A stretch of DNA of 62,090 nt, filler included, from Choristocarpus tenellus KU-1152 (taxonomy: Eukaryota; Protista; Phaeophyceae), in NCBI GenBank assembly GCA_964200185.2. It is 12 parts of 12 records of this genome, joined end to end, with 100 filler letters (N's around TTAATTAATTAA, not from the genome) between each part and the next. Parts side by side here need not be neighbours in the genome. Positions count along the whole stretch, not along the records: positions 25,767 to 28,597 come from CAXNAD020024360.1; positions 28,698 to 37,448 come from CAXNAD020004369.1; positions 37,549 to 41,620 come from CAXNAD020016376.1; 9 more parts are not named here. One strand, 5' to 3'. Positions 26,400-40,254 of the stretch are shown one piece after another; positions within the stretch are counted from its first letter, which is position 1, and every line of letters begins with the position of its first letter. The translations under genes and the position numbers were made by a program. The notes under the pieces are model-generated. The model had not been told where the DNA came from. It searched no databases and was given only the letters and a program-made list of their open reading frames with translations.

Positions 26400-27600
26400 A
26401 GTCCAAAATAGACAAAAGGCGGAAGATGCGAAGAGGTTGCTCGAGAGGCAAACGTGGCCACCATAGCAGTTGCATAAATGACTGGAGACCCTGTTGCACC
26501 GCATACAGAGAAGAGTATTTTTTTTCCTGCTACGTATTACGAAGTGTTACGAAGATCAACGTAGACTGAGGGGTGGTTGAATGATATGACCCAGGCATCC
26601 TTGTAGCTGCCAACCTGTGTATTTGTTGGTGCCAAAGGATGAATATCCTGGGCTATGAGGTCCTCCTCCGCATCTTGCATCACTTTAACTGCGTCTTTAA
26701 CCCTTTCCCCATTCATATGCCTTGATAGGAAGATAAAACTCGAGTATATCACCATCACCTACAAAACAAGGGACGAGGATAGAGACCGATAGAGAGCAAG
26801 GTCAGTCGACGGCAAATGTGCAAGTGAAGTGAGTCACCCTACTTGATGAGTGTTGCATATTCGTCCTACCAAGTGACAAGTATTCACTGCCAGCCATAGG
26901 CAAAAGGACACAACTAACACAACTATACAAATTAAATGGAGTCGGGAAAAAGGTAGGAGGCGCAGGGAATAAGGAAGAGATGTGTTCCAAACAACAACAT
27001 CGTATAAACATTCAGCAGTAGCTACGACATGCGACCCACTTGGCATTCCTACCCCTTCGAGAAGAAATATTTGCAGGGCAGAAGGAACGATCTCAAGCCT
27101 CGATAGATGATGAAGCAGACAGCGAAGCACCCGGCAACGATGCATGAAGATCGCTATACTGGAAGTACAATCACAAAATTTTCAATACTGATTCTCCCCC
27201 ATGAGGTGGATGGGCTCCGTCGTTGAGACACTGCCAAGGTCGACACCGACAAGAGATCAACCCATCACCTCCAACATACCTTAACCATCAACTGTACAAA
27301 ACCCGGCTTCTCCGGTTTTGGAGTTCCATCTTCCTCAGCTTGAGCCCCATTTATAACCTCGCCACCGCGGCGTTCTGCAAGGTTGGAGTCTACCATCGTC
27401 TCCAACCCTGAAGTTTGGAACCCAAACAGTGTTGTGGTCAGTGAGTATTTCACTTTCGGACAAAAAAGGAACCACAAACGGAGTTCCACTAGATTCGAAG
27501 GAGGCGTCAGATTCAAACCCACATTGTGGTTTATTATCACCTGTTCGTTCTTCGCAGTTAACAACCTTTCAGACACGACCGTCGTGTACCACACTTTTAT
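26400..27600 (-). pseudogene. Unidentified multi-exon coding remnant
   Basis: GC-richer, protein-like segments (ORFs 27265-27594 and 26537-26758) with a TTTTGTAG acceptor at ~26762; no recognisable family. Confidence 0.35.
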
Positions 27601-28800
27601 CTGTGCTTACTTGTTTCATACATTAGCGTACGAAGCCTTACCCTTCGCGTGTGCTGATCCATTTTAATAATCATGGGAAATAATAATAGCTCCGTCATGG
27701 AGCGACTGTACCTTGTACTACCTGTGCTCTTGTGCCACTCCAAGCTCAACTATGAGGACCCCAGTACGCTGTTCAACATTAGGGTGGTTTACTACGGAGA
27801 GTTGGTGCGTCGTGTTATAGTCTGATGCGCCCGCCTCTTATTGCATGTCGCATTTTGTTCTTGTCACGAGTGTGTTTCCGAGTAGAGGTTCCTCAAGAGC
27901 CTATACCGTGAACCGCTCACTAGATACAGGCAGTCCCACTCGAACATCATGGCCTGAAAGGCGTCGATTCCTAGTGCCCTTGAGTTCCATGATGTCTTGT
28001 GGCCGTCATCGAACCAAGACAATGCAAGTTAGCCCAGAATGGGACTCCAGCTGTAGGTACTTATACCACAGATATTTTGACAGGTTAATACCTTCTCCCA
28101 CTGGTGCTCTCTCTTACCTACCCCAACAGGCGGTTTTGCTTCTGTTTTATATATATTTCGTGCTGTGCATTAAAAACAATCATAGTAGCACCAAAATACT
28201 GGTGCCAGACATCTCAGGAAGCCGACGCTTATTTGAACCAAATCCCATGGAAAAGGAGATGAAGTACAGATGGACAACGTACTTCGAGCATGAGATGGTC
28301 CAGGTGAGAAGGGCAGGAAGAGCAGAGTCGGCCAATAATTAAAATTTAGAAAAGCGTTACTTTTTGTACGTTACCAAGGTGCAAGTCCAGGGCTCAACCT
28401 CATCCAATTTTGCAGATAGTATTGATTGGGGTCGAGATAATACGTCCTGCAGAAGGATTTCGCTGTTCTTTGTGGTGTTATATGATAGTATAATTCAAAG
28501 ACATTCACTGTTCACATATACCGTGTTCATGAATAGTATGTACCTTCAAGATCTATCCCATTACATCTACACCCTAAACTACCAAGAAAGTAATGCCNNN
28601 NNNNNNNNNNNNNNNNNNNNNNNNNNNNNNNNNNNNNNNNNTTAATTAATTAANNNNNNNNNNNNNNNNNNNNNNNNNNNNNNNNNNNNNNNNNNNNTTT
28701 TGCGGATTGTTAATTTAAGTGCATTTTTCCTGGTTGTTGCCCAAAAAGAACACCCCTTTGTTGTCCCCCCCCCCCCCCCCCAGATACTTTGGGTCTTTTG

Positions 28801-28955
28801 TAGTAGGTAAAATGTATACGTTACGAAAAGGTGTGCCCGGAACAAGGATATGGACACTTCCTAACAAACACGATAGCCAAAAGTACATCGAAATCGCAAC
28901 ATTTGATTTTGAACCCCAAATGGACGCGGTCCTACCCTCTAAGATACTTTGGCTC
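28801..28955. mobile_element. MITE family A, right half, preceded by a B/C-type TIR ending at 28795
   Basis: ...TACCCTCTAAGATACTTTGGCTC. Confidence 0.85.
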
Positions 28956-29779
28956 TCCACCTACCTGGACCAAATCCGAAGAAAATTCACCCACAAAAAA
29001 GGCACCAACCTGTGATGTTCTACAGCATCCCATCAAGCCTCGAATAGAACAGCCTGGACAAAATACCCACACCCTCTAGGATACTATGGGCCTAAGATCA
29101 TAATTTGGGTCTAAACCCAATTTGTGAGTCAAAACTCAATCTGACGTGCCCTACAGAAGTAGCGTTAATACGAGGAAGGCAATGAAATACAGTGAATCGC
29201 GTAATACAAGGGACAAGATTAAAAAAAATACGTTTCGAAGTATCTTCCACCCTACGATACCTTAGCAAACACGGTGTGTTACGTTTTTATTTTTCAGCAA
29301 CGCAAGGCACAGTTTCCAGTAAAAGATATGTATATATATATATAAGTAGTTTGCTCTTTTTTTCTATCTTGGACATCCCTGAAAGATCTAACAATTTTAA
29401 AGATTCATGCCTGCATGTCAGAGAGTGTTGAAATCACCTCCTCCCTCTGTCATTTTCTAGAACAGTAGAAATCAACATACTACTTGCCACCACAGAGAGT
29501 AATCCAACAATCGAAGACAGCTCCAAAATTCGAAACTATATCATCAGGCATCCATACTCAAGATCAGCTCTCAACACCAACTCAGACAATCCAAGGTCAT
29601 ACAAAAAGATATCTCTGACAATGCCTGCCGGTACCCACCAATAGAACTGATACTCCCACCGAGAATAGTTCGAATCCAGTCATTTATTACTCAGGTGCCT
29701 GGCACAGCCAGTGACACATGACTACAATTCAGATTGCAAAATACATAGTAGAAGTAATATATATATATAATATATATAT

Positions 29780-31500
29780 GCAAAATACACAGTAGAAGCG
29801 ATGGGTAGTATCAACATCCGAGTATTGTTCGGAATTAATGCTACCCCATGTAAGTTGTGCCTGCTGCCTCTATTGGTACTTGGGAAAGATCCCACATTTT
29901 GGAGTAGCTATCGGAAGCAACCTCTTGTTTTGGTAGTGTTCCCTCTGATATTTGAAATTTATGGTCTACCATTCGACCCATGAGTTGGAAGGATGAATTT
30001 TGAAACAAGGAGTTAAATTCAAGATAGACGTAAAACCAAAAGTGTCATCAATATTGGCAACTCCTGGCTAATGAACCACGTTCGGATGGGAGAACATGTC
30101 ATTAGAGACATACTTGGAAGCAATTATTTCGTAACAAGAACATGGCGAGCGTGTGACACATTATGCACTCTCCTGAAAACAGCATTTCGAATTTTTCGTA
30201 GTTCAGTACCCTGGCCTTGGAAACGGGATTTCAGGAGGTCATACACCACAGATTATTTGTGGAGTACAAGCTATTTTGAGGAATATAACGTGCAAGATTG
30301 ACCAACCCAAAGATATCAATTTGACAGGAAATGGGAACAGATTGCCAAATATAGGACACAGTCCCAGGACCATAGGGCTGAAGTCTGTGACCTGTGTGTA
30401 CTACATCAGTTTCGATGATTCTCATGACCCCACTAGTCAAATTCAAACTATTTCCTCTGGATAAGTAGTTGATGTAACCTACGGCTTGAATACAACAGAT
30501 CCTCACTGCAAGGGGATACCCCAATAGATAAATCAGGAATCCCAGACATACCTGTCCCATGGTCAAGGTTTAACTACAGTAGGCCCTCGACCTATTTATA
30601 TGCCACCTCGCATCAGCTCCATTGTGATGAAAAGGTCAAACAAGAGCAAGCGCCCAAGACAAATTATCAACAGCGCACATGTGCATTTATTGGAGGATAT
30701 TTGTCAAGGAGACTCTACCAAAAAATCAGTTTAAACCTATGGCCTCCTTCAGATCTACAAGGGTTAACCATCAAGGGTAGGAAAGAGTCTATATCCTTAC
30801 TCACCTCTAGGAATACTATAAACAAGGCACCTGCTGAGGGCATGCACCCGTTGTGACGTCTATTTCATCCCTAAGACCATGGGTCAGCAGATTAACAACC
30901 ATTAGAGGGTGAATAACTCACCCCTCCCTCTGCGTCCATGGCACAACTGAGAAGTACACATGTGAGGCCAGTAACCGTCCTTTCACCTCACAGGCAACGA
31001 TCAACTGTCTTTCCATGTTGAATAAAATGGAAATATCCACTGCAATATTCTCCTCAAGCATAAACGGGCTCCATGTACCTGGTTAGAATTAAGCTCGGCC
31101 TCTCTGGTAACTATGCTCACGTCTCTGAAACATATGTGAAGACATGTTCGCATTTTGTGCCGTAACACCTTCGTCAGGAAATCTGACGCCAAGTAACATG
31201 CCCATCTCAGCAATGCTGTTATAGGCTAGGAAGAAGTGATAGGTCATGCAACAACATGCTTGATATGGAGTTTCGTGGAGGAAGCATACCTATCAGCCAA
31301 TTACTAGAACCGAGTGAGAATGCGCCCAACAAGTGGCTTAGGTCTGCATCTACTGATGCCCACAGTACGCACTTCTCGAAATTAGATTGAAATGCCAGGA
31401 AGTCCGTATATGCCCAGCAAGGGAGCATCAATCAGGCATCCAGCATGAACACACCTAACTAGACTAGCTGACCCATATCAAGAGACGCCCACATGGCACA
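29780..31500 (+). mobile_element. Possible very old Ty3/Gypsy pol remnant (protease-RT-integrase order)
   Basis: Scattered motif ghosts in order: GSINIRVLFG...LVLGKD (protease end), LPNIG...SQI, LLEDI (cf. YLDDI), GLTIK, YVKTC (integrase zinc finger). Many stops and frameshifts. Confidence 0.3.
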
Positions 31501-32449
31501 CCTTCAACATTCTGGTAGGTAAAAACATGATAAAAAGCTATACTTTGCCCACATTGCAAGCAGCACTAATATTTGCGTGCAAGGAAACAAGAGTTGCCAC
31601 GAAGGATGGTTCACCATCAATGATTGATTTAATTTGTTGAATGAGGAAGTCTAAATCCTTCGATGATAGTTAATGCCACTGTCAAACATAGCAAAGTCAT
31701 ACAAACTATTGCTAAATCTCTCCCCCGTCAACTACGCAAAATATTGCTAAATTTGAGGTCACCAACGGTCTTTCATTCTCCCTTTCTTGATATATTGGAA
31801 ACACCATCAAGCTTTCAAGACTTGTGAAACGCCAACGAGGAGAGTTGCATGGAAAGGCAGTTTCTCTGCAGTAGTAATCACAGTAGTCTACCCGAAGCGT
31901 TGTTGAGCAATCTCTTCTGGAAGGATGGACAGATCTTTGAAAACATCTCAGTCAGCTTCCAGAAATAAGCAGGTGAAAAGGTTGTAATTTCATATACAAG
32001 CAGTCAGAACCACTGCTTGAGGTGCACAAGTAAAATGTATTGGTGGACATGCCCTATGACGTGTCAGAGACAAAATGTCAATAACTGAAAGGCATATCCT
32101 TCCATGTGATCAACATTAATCTACTTGCAGCTGCTGCTCCCCTCCAGAAGACCCAGGGACCACGGCATGATTAGTAGTATATCATTGTTCTTGCACAACT
32201 TTATATTCAACTATTGTGTCAGCTGGGTTTAAGTTTGCTAAGCCTTCTCTGATCATCACCAACAGGCATGGTGTTTCGTTAGGCAACATGCACTTCCTGC
32301 AATTGCTAGGAATGCCCATGAATGCCAGGTTGGCCCATGTACTGTGAGACCAGAGTCAATCGCCATCGCCAGTTCTGGCAGCTCCATCCCAGCACCTAGA
32401 ATAGACCTCGAGGTGATATGGACTCTTCCCCCATCTCTAATAGCGCCCT

Positions 32450-32950
32450 AGAGAGCCTCAATCTACTCCTGAAGCATTCTCACCAAACATCAATGTTCTC
32501 ACTTCGCACAGAAATTTCTCAAATACCTCGAAGTGTTGGGTTAAATTACATGCTCTGAAATGCAGAATTTGATCACAAATATTACTAAAACAGCATATAG
32601 TGGACAGAGAAGGAAGACTTCAGTACCTTCTAGAAAAGATCTGTTCCCATCTGATGTTACAAAAGGCATTGTCGTGCAATGCAGCCTGTGCTATTACTAT
32701 GTGAGCGTGTTGAAACATATTTTCTCCATACACCACATAACAGAATTTGCTGGGTGTACAAGGACCTAAGTTTCGAGTCATCAAAAGGGGGAGACGCCAA
32801 TGACAAAACGTACATCGGACTGCAGCTATGCAGAAGGGATGCCAAAAGGGTGTAGTAGGACCCTCTTACAACGAACGACTAACCGGAGTCTGTGCTTTGT
32901 GAGATTCGGAGAAGCAGGCAATGCTACTGAACGTATGCCCTATAGCAAGA
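32450..32950 (+). mobile_element. Possible decayed LINE reverse transcriptase remnant
   Basis: YVSVLKHIFSIHH (cf. fvDxxKAFDsixH) followed by GMPKGCSRTLL (cf. GVPQGsxLsPLL). Confidence 0.3.
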
Positions 32951-34649
32951 ACTTCTGTTCTGTTTCATTATTTTGAATACCTGAATGACTTGATGAAATG
33001 AATATGCAAAAGGACCTCTTATGTGTGCCACATATTAGAGTCAGGCTGGGTATAAAAAATTAGTGTACCAACAGACGATTTGATTAGCTATTGCTATGTC
33101 CAAGAGAGGAGGATCAACTGTACCCATCCAGAAAGAATACCCTAGATCATATTTTACATATGATGGGCAAGCAACTAAGAGCAGAATACTCTGCATTTGG
33201 ATGCAAACCATGTTATGGCAGCCAGTATGAAGAAATTCCGATATATAATGATGCCTTGTGCAACGGAAGGCTACTGCTTCGGTTTGACTCAGAGGAAGAA
33301 GTTGTTAGACCAGCAATAAACTGTGCTACATATGGTAAGCATGGTGGGAAAGTCGGAATGCTCAAAGAGTTAGGAAAGCTAACCTGCTTCAAGAACTGCC
33401 TTAAGTTACAGTGTGTGCAGCAGATAGCGACAATAGCACCACCTACTCAAGATACTATATCACAGTCTGTTGACAGGTAATCCATTGAATATTGTAGAAC
33501 AACTTGTCACCATCACAGTTCTGAATGACCTACCTATCACCCTTTAACTAATGTCGATGTAGGAGGGGAAATCTGCTGTACGAACTTCAAAGGTACAAGA
33601 AGTTTTGATATGAAACGTAAGAGCAATCAGCACCCATTGTCCATACCTGCCACGTCCACAGAACTATATTGTCTTTGTCCCACTTTTCTGCGTAGAAATC
33701 AATTCCACCGTATATTCCAGCCATAAGGTGGGTCGAGTTCTGTTTTGTTCCTCCCGCAACAATGGTGGTGAAATAGTCCTCTCCCTCAGTACCAAGCTGT
33801 TCGTGGTAGTCACAGACAGATTAGAATGACCAAATTCTATATGACGAGAGCAAGTTAATTTGTCTGCTGCGGCAAGGCATGCAATTTGAGCTAGTATTGA
33901 TGATGCTCTGAGTGACACACATTAGTGCATGAAGTTGGTATCGTAATTGTCAGTCAATACACAGACCTGTGGACCAGCTTTTCATCAAACATCACCTGGT
34001 ATCTCGTACGATATATAGGATATTTTTCTGCCATCCTTCCACTCGTTCAGGATGCCTTAGACTCCACTTGTTGACAGACAATCCTGGTCCAGTACAGATG
34101 AAATAATGTGCAAGAAAAACCGTACATGGATTGAATAGTCGTAATATACAGAATATGATTGTGTCTACATACATATATTCTCTTGTGGTGTATCACCGAA
34201 GATTAAGTTATTTTGAAGAGACAATGCTGTTGCCCAGAGAATGGTTTCTACTTCTCCATCATGGAAAAGGACTGTTTGAAATATAGCTCTGGTCCGCTGA
34301 AGTCTCTACTGCTGGAGAAAACCAAAAGAGACAAAGGGGCTACAACAGGTGTCCCCTGTATACATTCAAATTCCTCTCGCTTTGATTTGCTCAAGAATTG
34401 CCATTTGGTTAGTGGGCAGGTTCAAGGCACACCCTAAAAACTTGGAGCCTAATTCAAAGAAAGAGAAAGGATGAGTGAGCACTATTTTCTCTCTGAAGCA
34501 GATTCACATAGTCTGCATGTTTTTGGTGAAGTTAGTTGCAAGAGTCGATTTGTATGCATAGATAATGTGACACTAAACAGAGATGTGTATTTTGTAATCT
34601 CAAAATTTGGGCAGGGTCAGATTGATCTTTGTTTTTAGCTGTTTTAGTC

Positions 34650-34960
34650 ACAATGCCAACCATTGTAGAGAATGGTCATACAGTTTTGGATAACAATGAG
34701 CACAATCAACAAGGACCTCTTCTGATGGGACGGAAGTGAAGTCCTTGGACGTTAATTTGCCCATCGATTTTGCAGGAGAAGAAATGCACGGAAGGCTCTC
34801 ATTGGGTGCAATGATCGAATTAGGGCAGGGCACAATACACAGCAAACACCAAATCTTGACATCTTCATCAACTTCAAAGATGCCTTTGGGAGATGAGGGT
34901 CAAGACGGCACCTATTTCTCCTGACACCTTTTGTCCATGCTAAACCCCAAAATAAATCAT
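34650..34960 (+). mobile_element. Decayed LINE reverse transcriptase remnant
   Basis: HRFCRRRNARKAL...DRI...DIFINFKDAF (IFINFKDAF at 34861-34887) fits QxGFrxgrs...lFiDFxkAFD. Confidence 0.5.
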
Positions 34961-37959
34961 CATGACATAGTCGATGTTTGTCCCTGTGATATGCAGAGCT
35001 CATATGTAGGCTACAAGAAGAGGTGCTGTTGGACGATGTTCAAGTCTTTTTGGTATGGTAGGTATTATGACCGATAGCAAATTCTTAGAAGTATTAAATC
35101 AAGAAAATAAAGAAAGGGGAAGTGAATGGTGCATGAGTTCAACAAATAGTTTAATACTGAGTGGATGATAATGCAAAGGATATTTTTCAAGTATTAAATG
35201 ATAACAAAATTCAATACTAAGCAGCTTTCTGCATTGTTTTGAATGGATAAGACCCCATTGTCAATTCAATACGCATGTTTCATCAACAGAGACAATGAAA
35301 AACTCTGTCAGTTTGCGAGGAATGCAAGGATCAGTCCGCAGTGCACGTAGAATGAAGAAGGCATTTTAGGAAGGCAGTACTAGTAATTCACAGCAAAAGG
35401 ACCTATGCTCTCACCCAATAGGAAATTCTCCAAAGCAATGTAGAGTTCTTCTGTCTTATAATTACCTACAGTATCTATGAATTCAAATGACCACCGTGCA
35501 AGTTCCATTCCATCCATAAACCTTTTTTAAATCACAAATCTTTACTAGTACGGATTAGAACTCTATTGCGTCAAGGAACTACGGGCTAACACCATTCAGA
35601 ACAACCGAAGTAAATAGTGATTTGTTTGCAATAAATATTATTTTGTCGTTAAGCTTGTTGAATTCTTTCTCTTGTCTATGTTGCTTCTTGTTCTCTCCCC
35701 CATAGCAAATGTCTGTTCTCATCGTTTCACTCAGTTGTCAGAGGGTCGTGCAACAACCCCCTTATTTATCACTCTAAGAAGACTGTTAGACGGATTGTGG
35801 CAGTTCACAGGTCGTTAGGGCCCACATCTCACGATAAACCAGAAAAAAGATAACTCACACTCCCATTTTTTTGGTGGGGAAATCTTCCCTAATCGATGTT
35901 GACTCATATTCCGTTTAAATCAATACCAGCATGTATGTGCGCGAACGTATCCCTAGTTTGTTCGAAAAAGGTAGGTGATCATTTTGCTTCTGGGCCAGGA
36001 AGAACCAGGCCCTTGTTATCATAGCAGAGAGGAATTGTGGCGCGACCTTTGTTGCGAATGAATCGTCAAGGGTTGCCCGCGACCGTCGAGGGTTGTAAGC
36101 GTTTAGAGGTGACAAACATTACTATAGAGCTGAGAGTGGGTAGAATCTTGCGATAGGTGTGGAACTCGTCCCTATTGTGCTGGTGCTCGTTGAAGGCAAT
36201 TCTGCCTCGGCCCCTAAGCCTGAGATTATATCTAAACAAGAGACTCACCATCGTCACCTCCTTTCGTAAGTCTGATCCTAATAGTTTATTCGAGGTATCG
36301 GAGAGTGTAGACACGAAGACGCTATGGAATGAGACCCTCTTGGACTTCAACGACTCCACGAGTTTTTTTTATCGAAGAGGTGACACAGCTCGGGAAATTG
36401 AGCGCATTCAAGATTTGAGTCCCCACGATAGTAGCACCAGTGCATAAGTCAAGATTACATCTGTACTCACCTTGTCAGTCTTCGATACACAGACACTTAC
36501 TGAAAGGAATCTGTTTTCGTTATTAATTTCTCGTGGTCTGGTTATGCAAAGCTCTTTGATTCAATTTGTCTGCCTAATTGCTAATACCTTATTAATTTCA
36601 ACAATTGAGTGCAGATACAAGAATCTCCCACGCGCATAGCCATCCTTTCTCCTGTATCCTCCTTTCGTTTCTACGGTTTTTTCATTCTGTAGACACCAAG
36701 GACAATAGTTTTGGTAAATGATCTTCTCTTTCAATTAAATCTCGACACTAAAATACTGAATAATACTAATAATAAACCATAAAAAGACGAGAAAACAAGA
36801 ATACAAGGTAAACACGAAACCTCATTTTCGTTATAGGTAGACAATATTATGTAACTGAAATCAAAGAAAAAAGGAAAAAAATTCATGAAGTAATCTGAGT
36901 TTGTGGGTGTGAAAATTCGCAGTATTAAAGTGGAAAAACAAGTGACATAGTGACAAATGAAAAAGAAAAAGATGAGAGGGTAGACGTAAGGGTTAATTAG
37001 TGAATTGCCTTGAAGCAGACTGCGCATCCGAGAAGTTGATAGAAAACGAGTACATGGAAGGAAGAGGGCTAGGGAGGAAGGGACAGAATAGAAGACCAAA
37101 CACAAAGGGAGGGGTATAAGGACAAAGGAGGGAGGGGTAGAGGGACAAAGGAGGGCAGGATCAAGGCAACTTCTGATACATATTGCCCACAAGGGGGAAG
37201 GGATGTGTCTAGCAGGAAGGGGGGGGCGCATGGTAAGCAGTCAAAAACAGTACTGGCAAGCATCCTAGGTATTGGCAAGGATATTGATGTGGTCAGGCTT
37301 AACAATAGTGAAGGGTAGCTAAACCACCCCTTTACAATAGGAACTGGACATGGGTGATTAAAGTGACAAGGGTCTGAAATCTCACTCGGTGGTACCTGGG
37401 ACGATCTGGGAATTATTGTTACAGGCGAGTAGCGCGAGTATTTCTTCANNNNNNNNNNNNNNNNNNNNNNNNNNNNNNNNNNNNNNNNNNNNTTAATTAA
37501 TTAANNNNNNNNNNNNNNNNNNNNNNNNNNNNNNNNNNNNNNNNNNNNCTTTGGCTTGGTCGAGGTCGCTTCCAAATCGTTTCGGTGCCCTCCACAAGCT
37601 CCGAAATAGTTTTGAACAAAAATATATCCCATTCAAAAAGGGGCCCTTAAAAAGTGCCGCAAAATAAAAAAAACAAAAACAAAAAACATATGGGCACTTT
37701 TTCCGCACCATTTTCGGTCAAAACCATCCTCAATAGTACGCTCCATCCTCAATTTATAAAATCCACTGTTAAATGGACAAGGGCAAAACTCGTACCTTCT
37801 AAGACTTCTACTTCCTTGCCAGGATCCAAACCCACCGTACCTCCTCGAAGTTCAACTCCCCACCTTTCGTATCATACATATCGAAAACCGTTGCCTGAGC
37901 GCAATCTTAGAAGTTCGTCTATTTAGGGCTTTGAGTTTTCTCCTTTTGCCCTTCCATAG

Positions 37960-38272
37960 GTCGATGCTGCTGAAGAAGAGGAGAACTTCCTTGATGGAGA
38001 TATTGCCAAGGTTGGAAGGATGGAGGCATGTAGAGGACGATCAGCACCGTAGAGTAGTAGAGTATATGATTGGTGATGCTGTTCCTGGGGATAACGATGA
38101 GAGAGAGGAAAAGACGGGAGATATCCATGTCGTATATGAAAAATCACAAGGTTATGATCATCAAGGACAAGAATGCATAACCCCAATTTACTGGAAGAGG
38201 CTTTATAAACAAAACAAAGCAGTTAGTGCACAAAAAAAGTGCAACATAATGTTCGCAGACATTCAAGGATAG
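37960..38272 (+). CDS. Putative exon of an unknown protein
   Basis: Polypyrimidine tract + TAG acceptor at 37959; ~100 open codons with protein-like composition (MEILPRLEGWRHVEDDQHRRVVEYMIGD...). Confidence 0.3.
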
Positions 38273-38724
38273 AGTCAACGACTGAAGACATAATCCGGTC
38301 ACTATATAATTTATGGTGATATATACAACCCAAGTAACCTATCTCTTCTCTCACCCCACTGGGTATTAACACAAAAATATAACTTTTGTGGGACTCCTTA
38401 ACAAGGGTATATACATAAATATGCATTTGAGGAAAGCAACAGCCGATAGTGGGTTTTAGGACCCCTCTGTTCAAAATAAAGGCCGTTTTTGTGCTGATAT
38501 GGCATCCTCCTTTGGCTACTGAATCTCAAGCGTGTTCCAAAAGTATGTTCTTTGCCTCAATTCACCATTTATCCTTTTTGCACTTGTTGCTAGATCGCAC
38601 CCACAACAGTCCCTCCAACAGGAAACAACACTCAAGGCAGGTTGAGACTGTGAGCATGTGGAACTTGTTTGAGAATCCCTGCGTGAAGATATGTGTCACA
38701 AGAGAATGTTTCCTTTGATGATCT

Positions 38725-39002
38725 GAGCCAAAGTATCTTAGAGGGTATGGCCNNNNNNNNNNGGTATGGCCTCGTCCATTTGGGGTCAAAATCCAATGTT
38801 GTGATTTTGATGTAATTTTGGCTATCGTGTTTGTTGGAAAGTGTCAATATCCTTGTTCCGGACACACCTTTTCAAGACTTACACATTTTACCTACTCCGA
38901 AACATTTTGGAGTAGGAAAATGTCAAAAAAATACGCCATGGGATGTCAGGCCCCAAATGGACAAACAGGGCAAAACTCATACCGTCTAAGATACTTTCAC
39001 TC
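38725..39002. mobile_element. MITE family A, full copy (contains a 10-N gap)
   Basis: Both TIRs present; 4-bp TSD ATCT. Confidence 0.9.
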
Positions 39003-40254
39003 ATCTAGAGTATTTGATTAGGAGTGTATACACCAGCATCGATTGCTTGGCCTCTGCACTAGAATCATGCACAAGGAGGAGGGTGGGGCGATGCAAACTG
39101 ATGGGATTTCAAAATGCATCTGTGGTATACTTGATTCTCACTCAATGCCACTACTGAATTACGGATACATCTCTGGTTAGGTACTCCAAACCGTATTTAT
39201 AGCTCCACTGGTGGTGCCAATGTGTGTTCCAGCACCTATTACCAATATGACTCTTTCTTGTCCACCCATACGTCTAGAGCAAGCTAGTACTAACTACAAC
39301 ATCCAGTAGTATTCCCAAATCCTATATCCTTCCAGTTTCGAGCTTTTGAAACAGTAAACATTCTATGGAGATCTAGAAACGTTGGTTTCTCGAATGTACC
39401 GTATCATACGGATCCTCATTCTATTCCATTGTACGTGATGTACTACACTAAACACCATAGTAAGGGGCTTAAGTAGGCAAGAGATTAACAGGATTGCATT
39501 GTAAGGATGCTGAAAATAATTGTGCAAAATTAGGCTATTGTAGAAATATATGACCTGGCTCCTCAACTCCTGGTCCCTCTCCTTTCGCCTAGGCTATCTT
39601 GCCCAGGTCACTCCTTCTCACCTGGCACGCTCCACCATGGAGCAAGCGGAGAACACCTTGTTCTGCACCCTAGAGAAGATCATGGAAATAGCAGACTCTA
39701 CAAAGACAACGGATATTTTTTAGGGGGGGCGTAACAAATATGCATATTTAGCAATGCGATGGAGTGTACTGTCACAGGGTAAGAAAGATGGTTTGGAATA
39801 CAAAAGGGCTCAAACCTGCCCACCTCTCAATTGGTTTGACTCAGAGGGTCACAGCCTGGCCCTTACTCCCCTTACCATTACCCCACTTTTGTACGTGTTG
39901 TCTGTACTGGTTGGGTATTGATAGAGGAGAACCTTTCAATTTGAGCAATAATTACAACAATGATAATTACAACCAAACTAATTGAATGTACGACAAAAGT
40001 AAGACTATTTCGATCCCTTCCACAATAATATACTCCGGGAGTAAACAATAAAATTCTAATGTATGTTGATTGTGTTGGGGAAGATTGGTGTTTCTCATTA
40101 CATGAGTTTCCTCTCTCTCTCTGAGGTTGGTAAGGAATGGGAGGGTAGTGTATCAGGATTTCTTCATGCTCATGATTGGCTTCGAGATTTGTGTTTGTAT
40201 GTTTTACTTCTTGTCTCAAATGGTTCAAACATATTCAGCCAGGCGATTTTTTGT

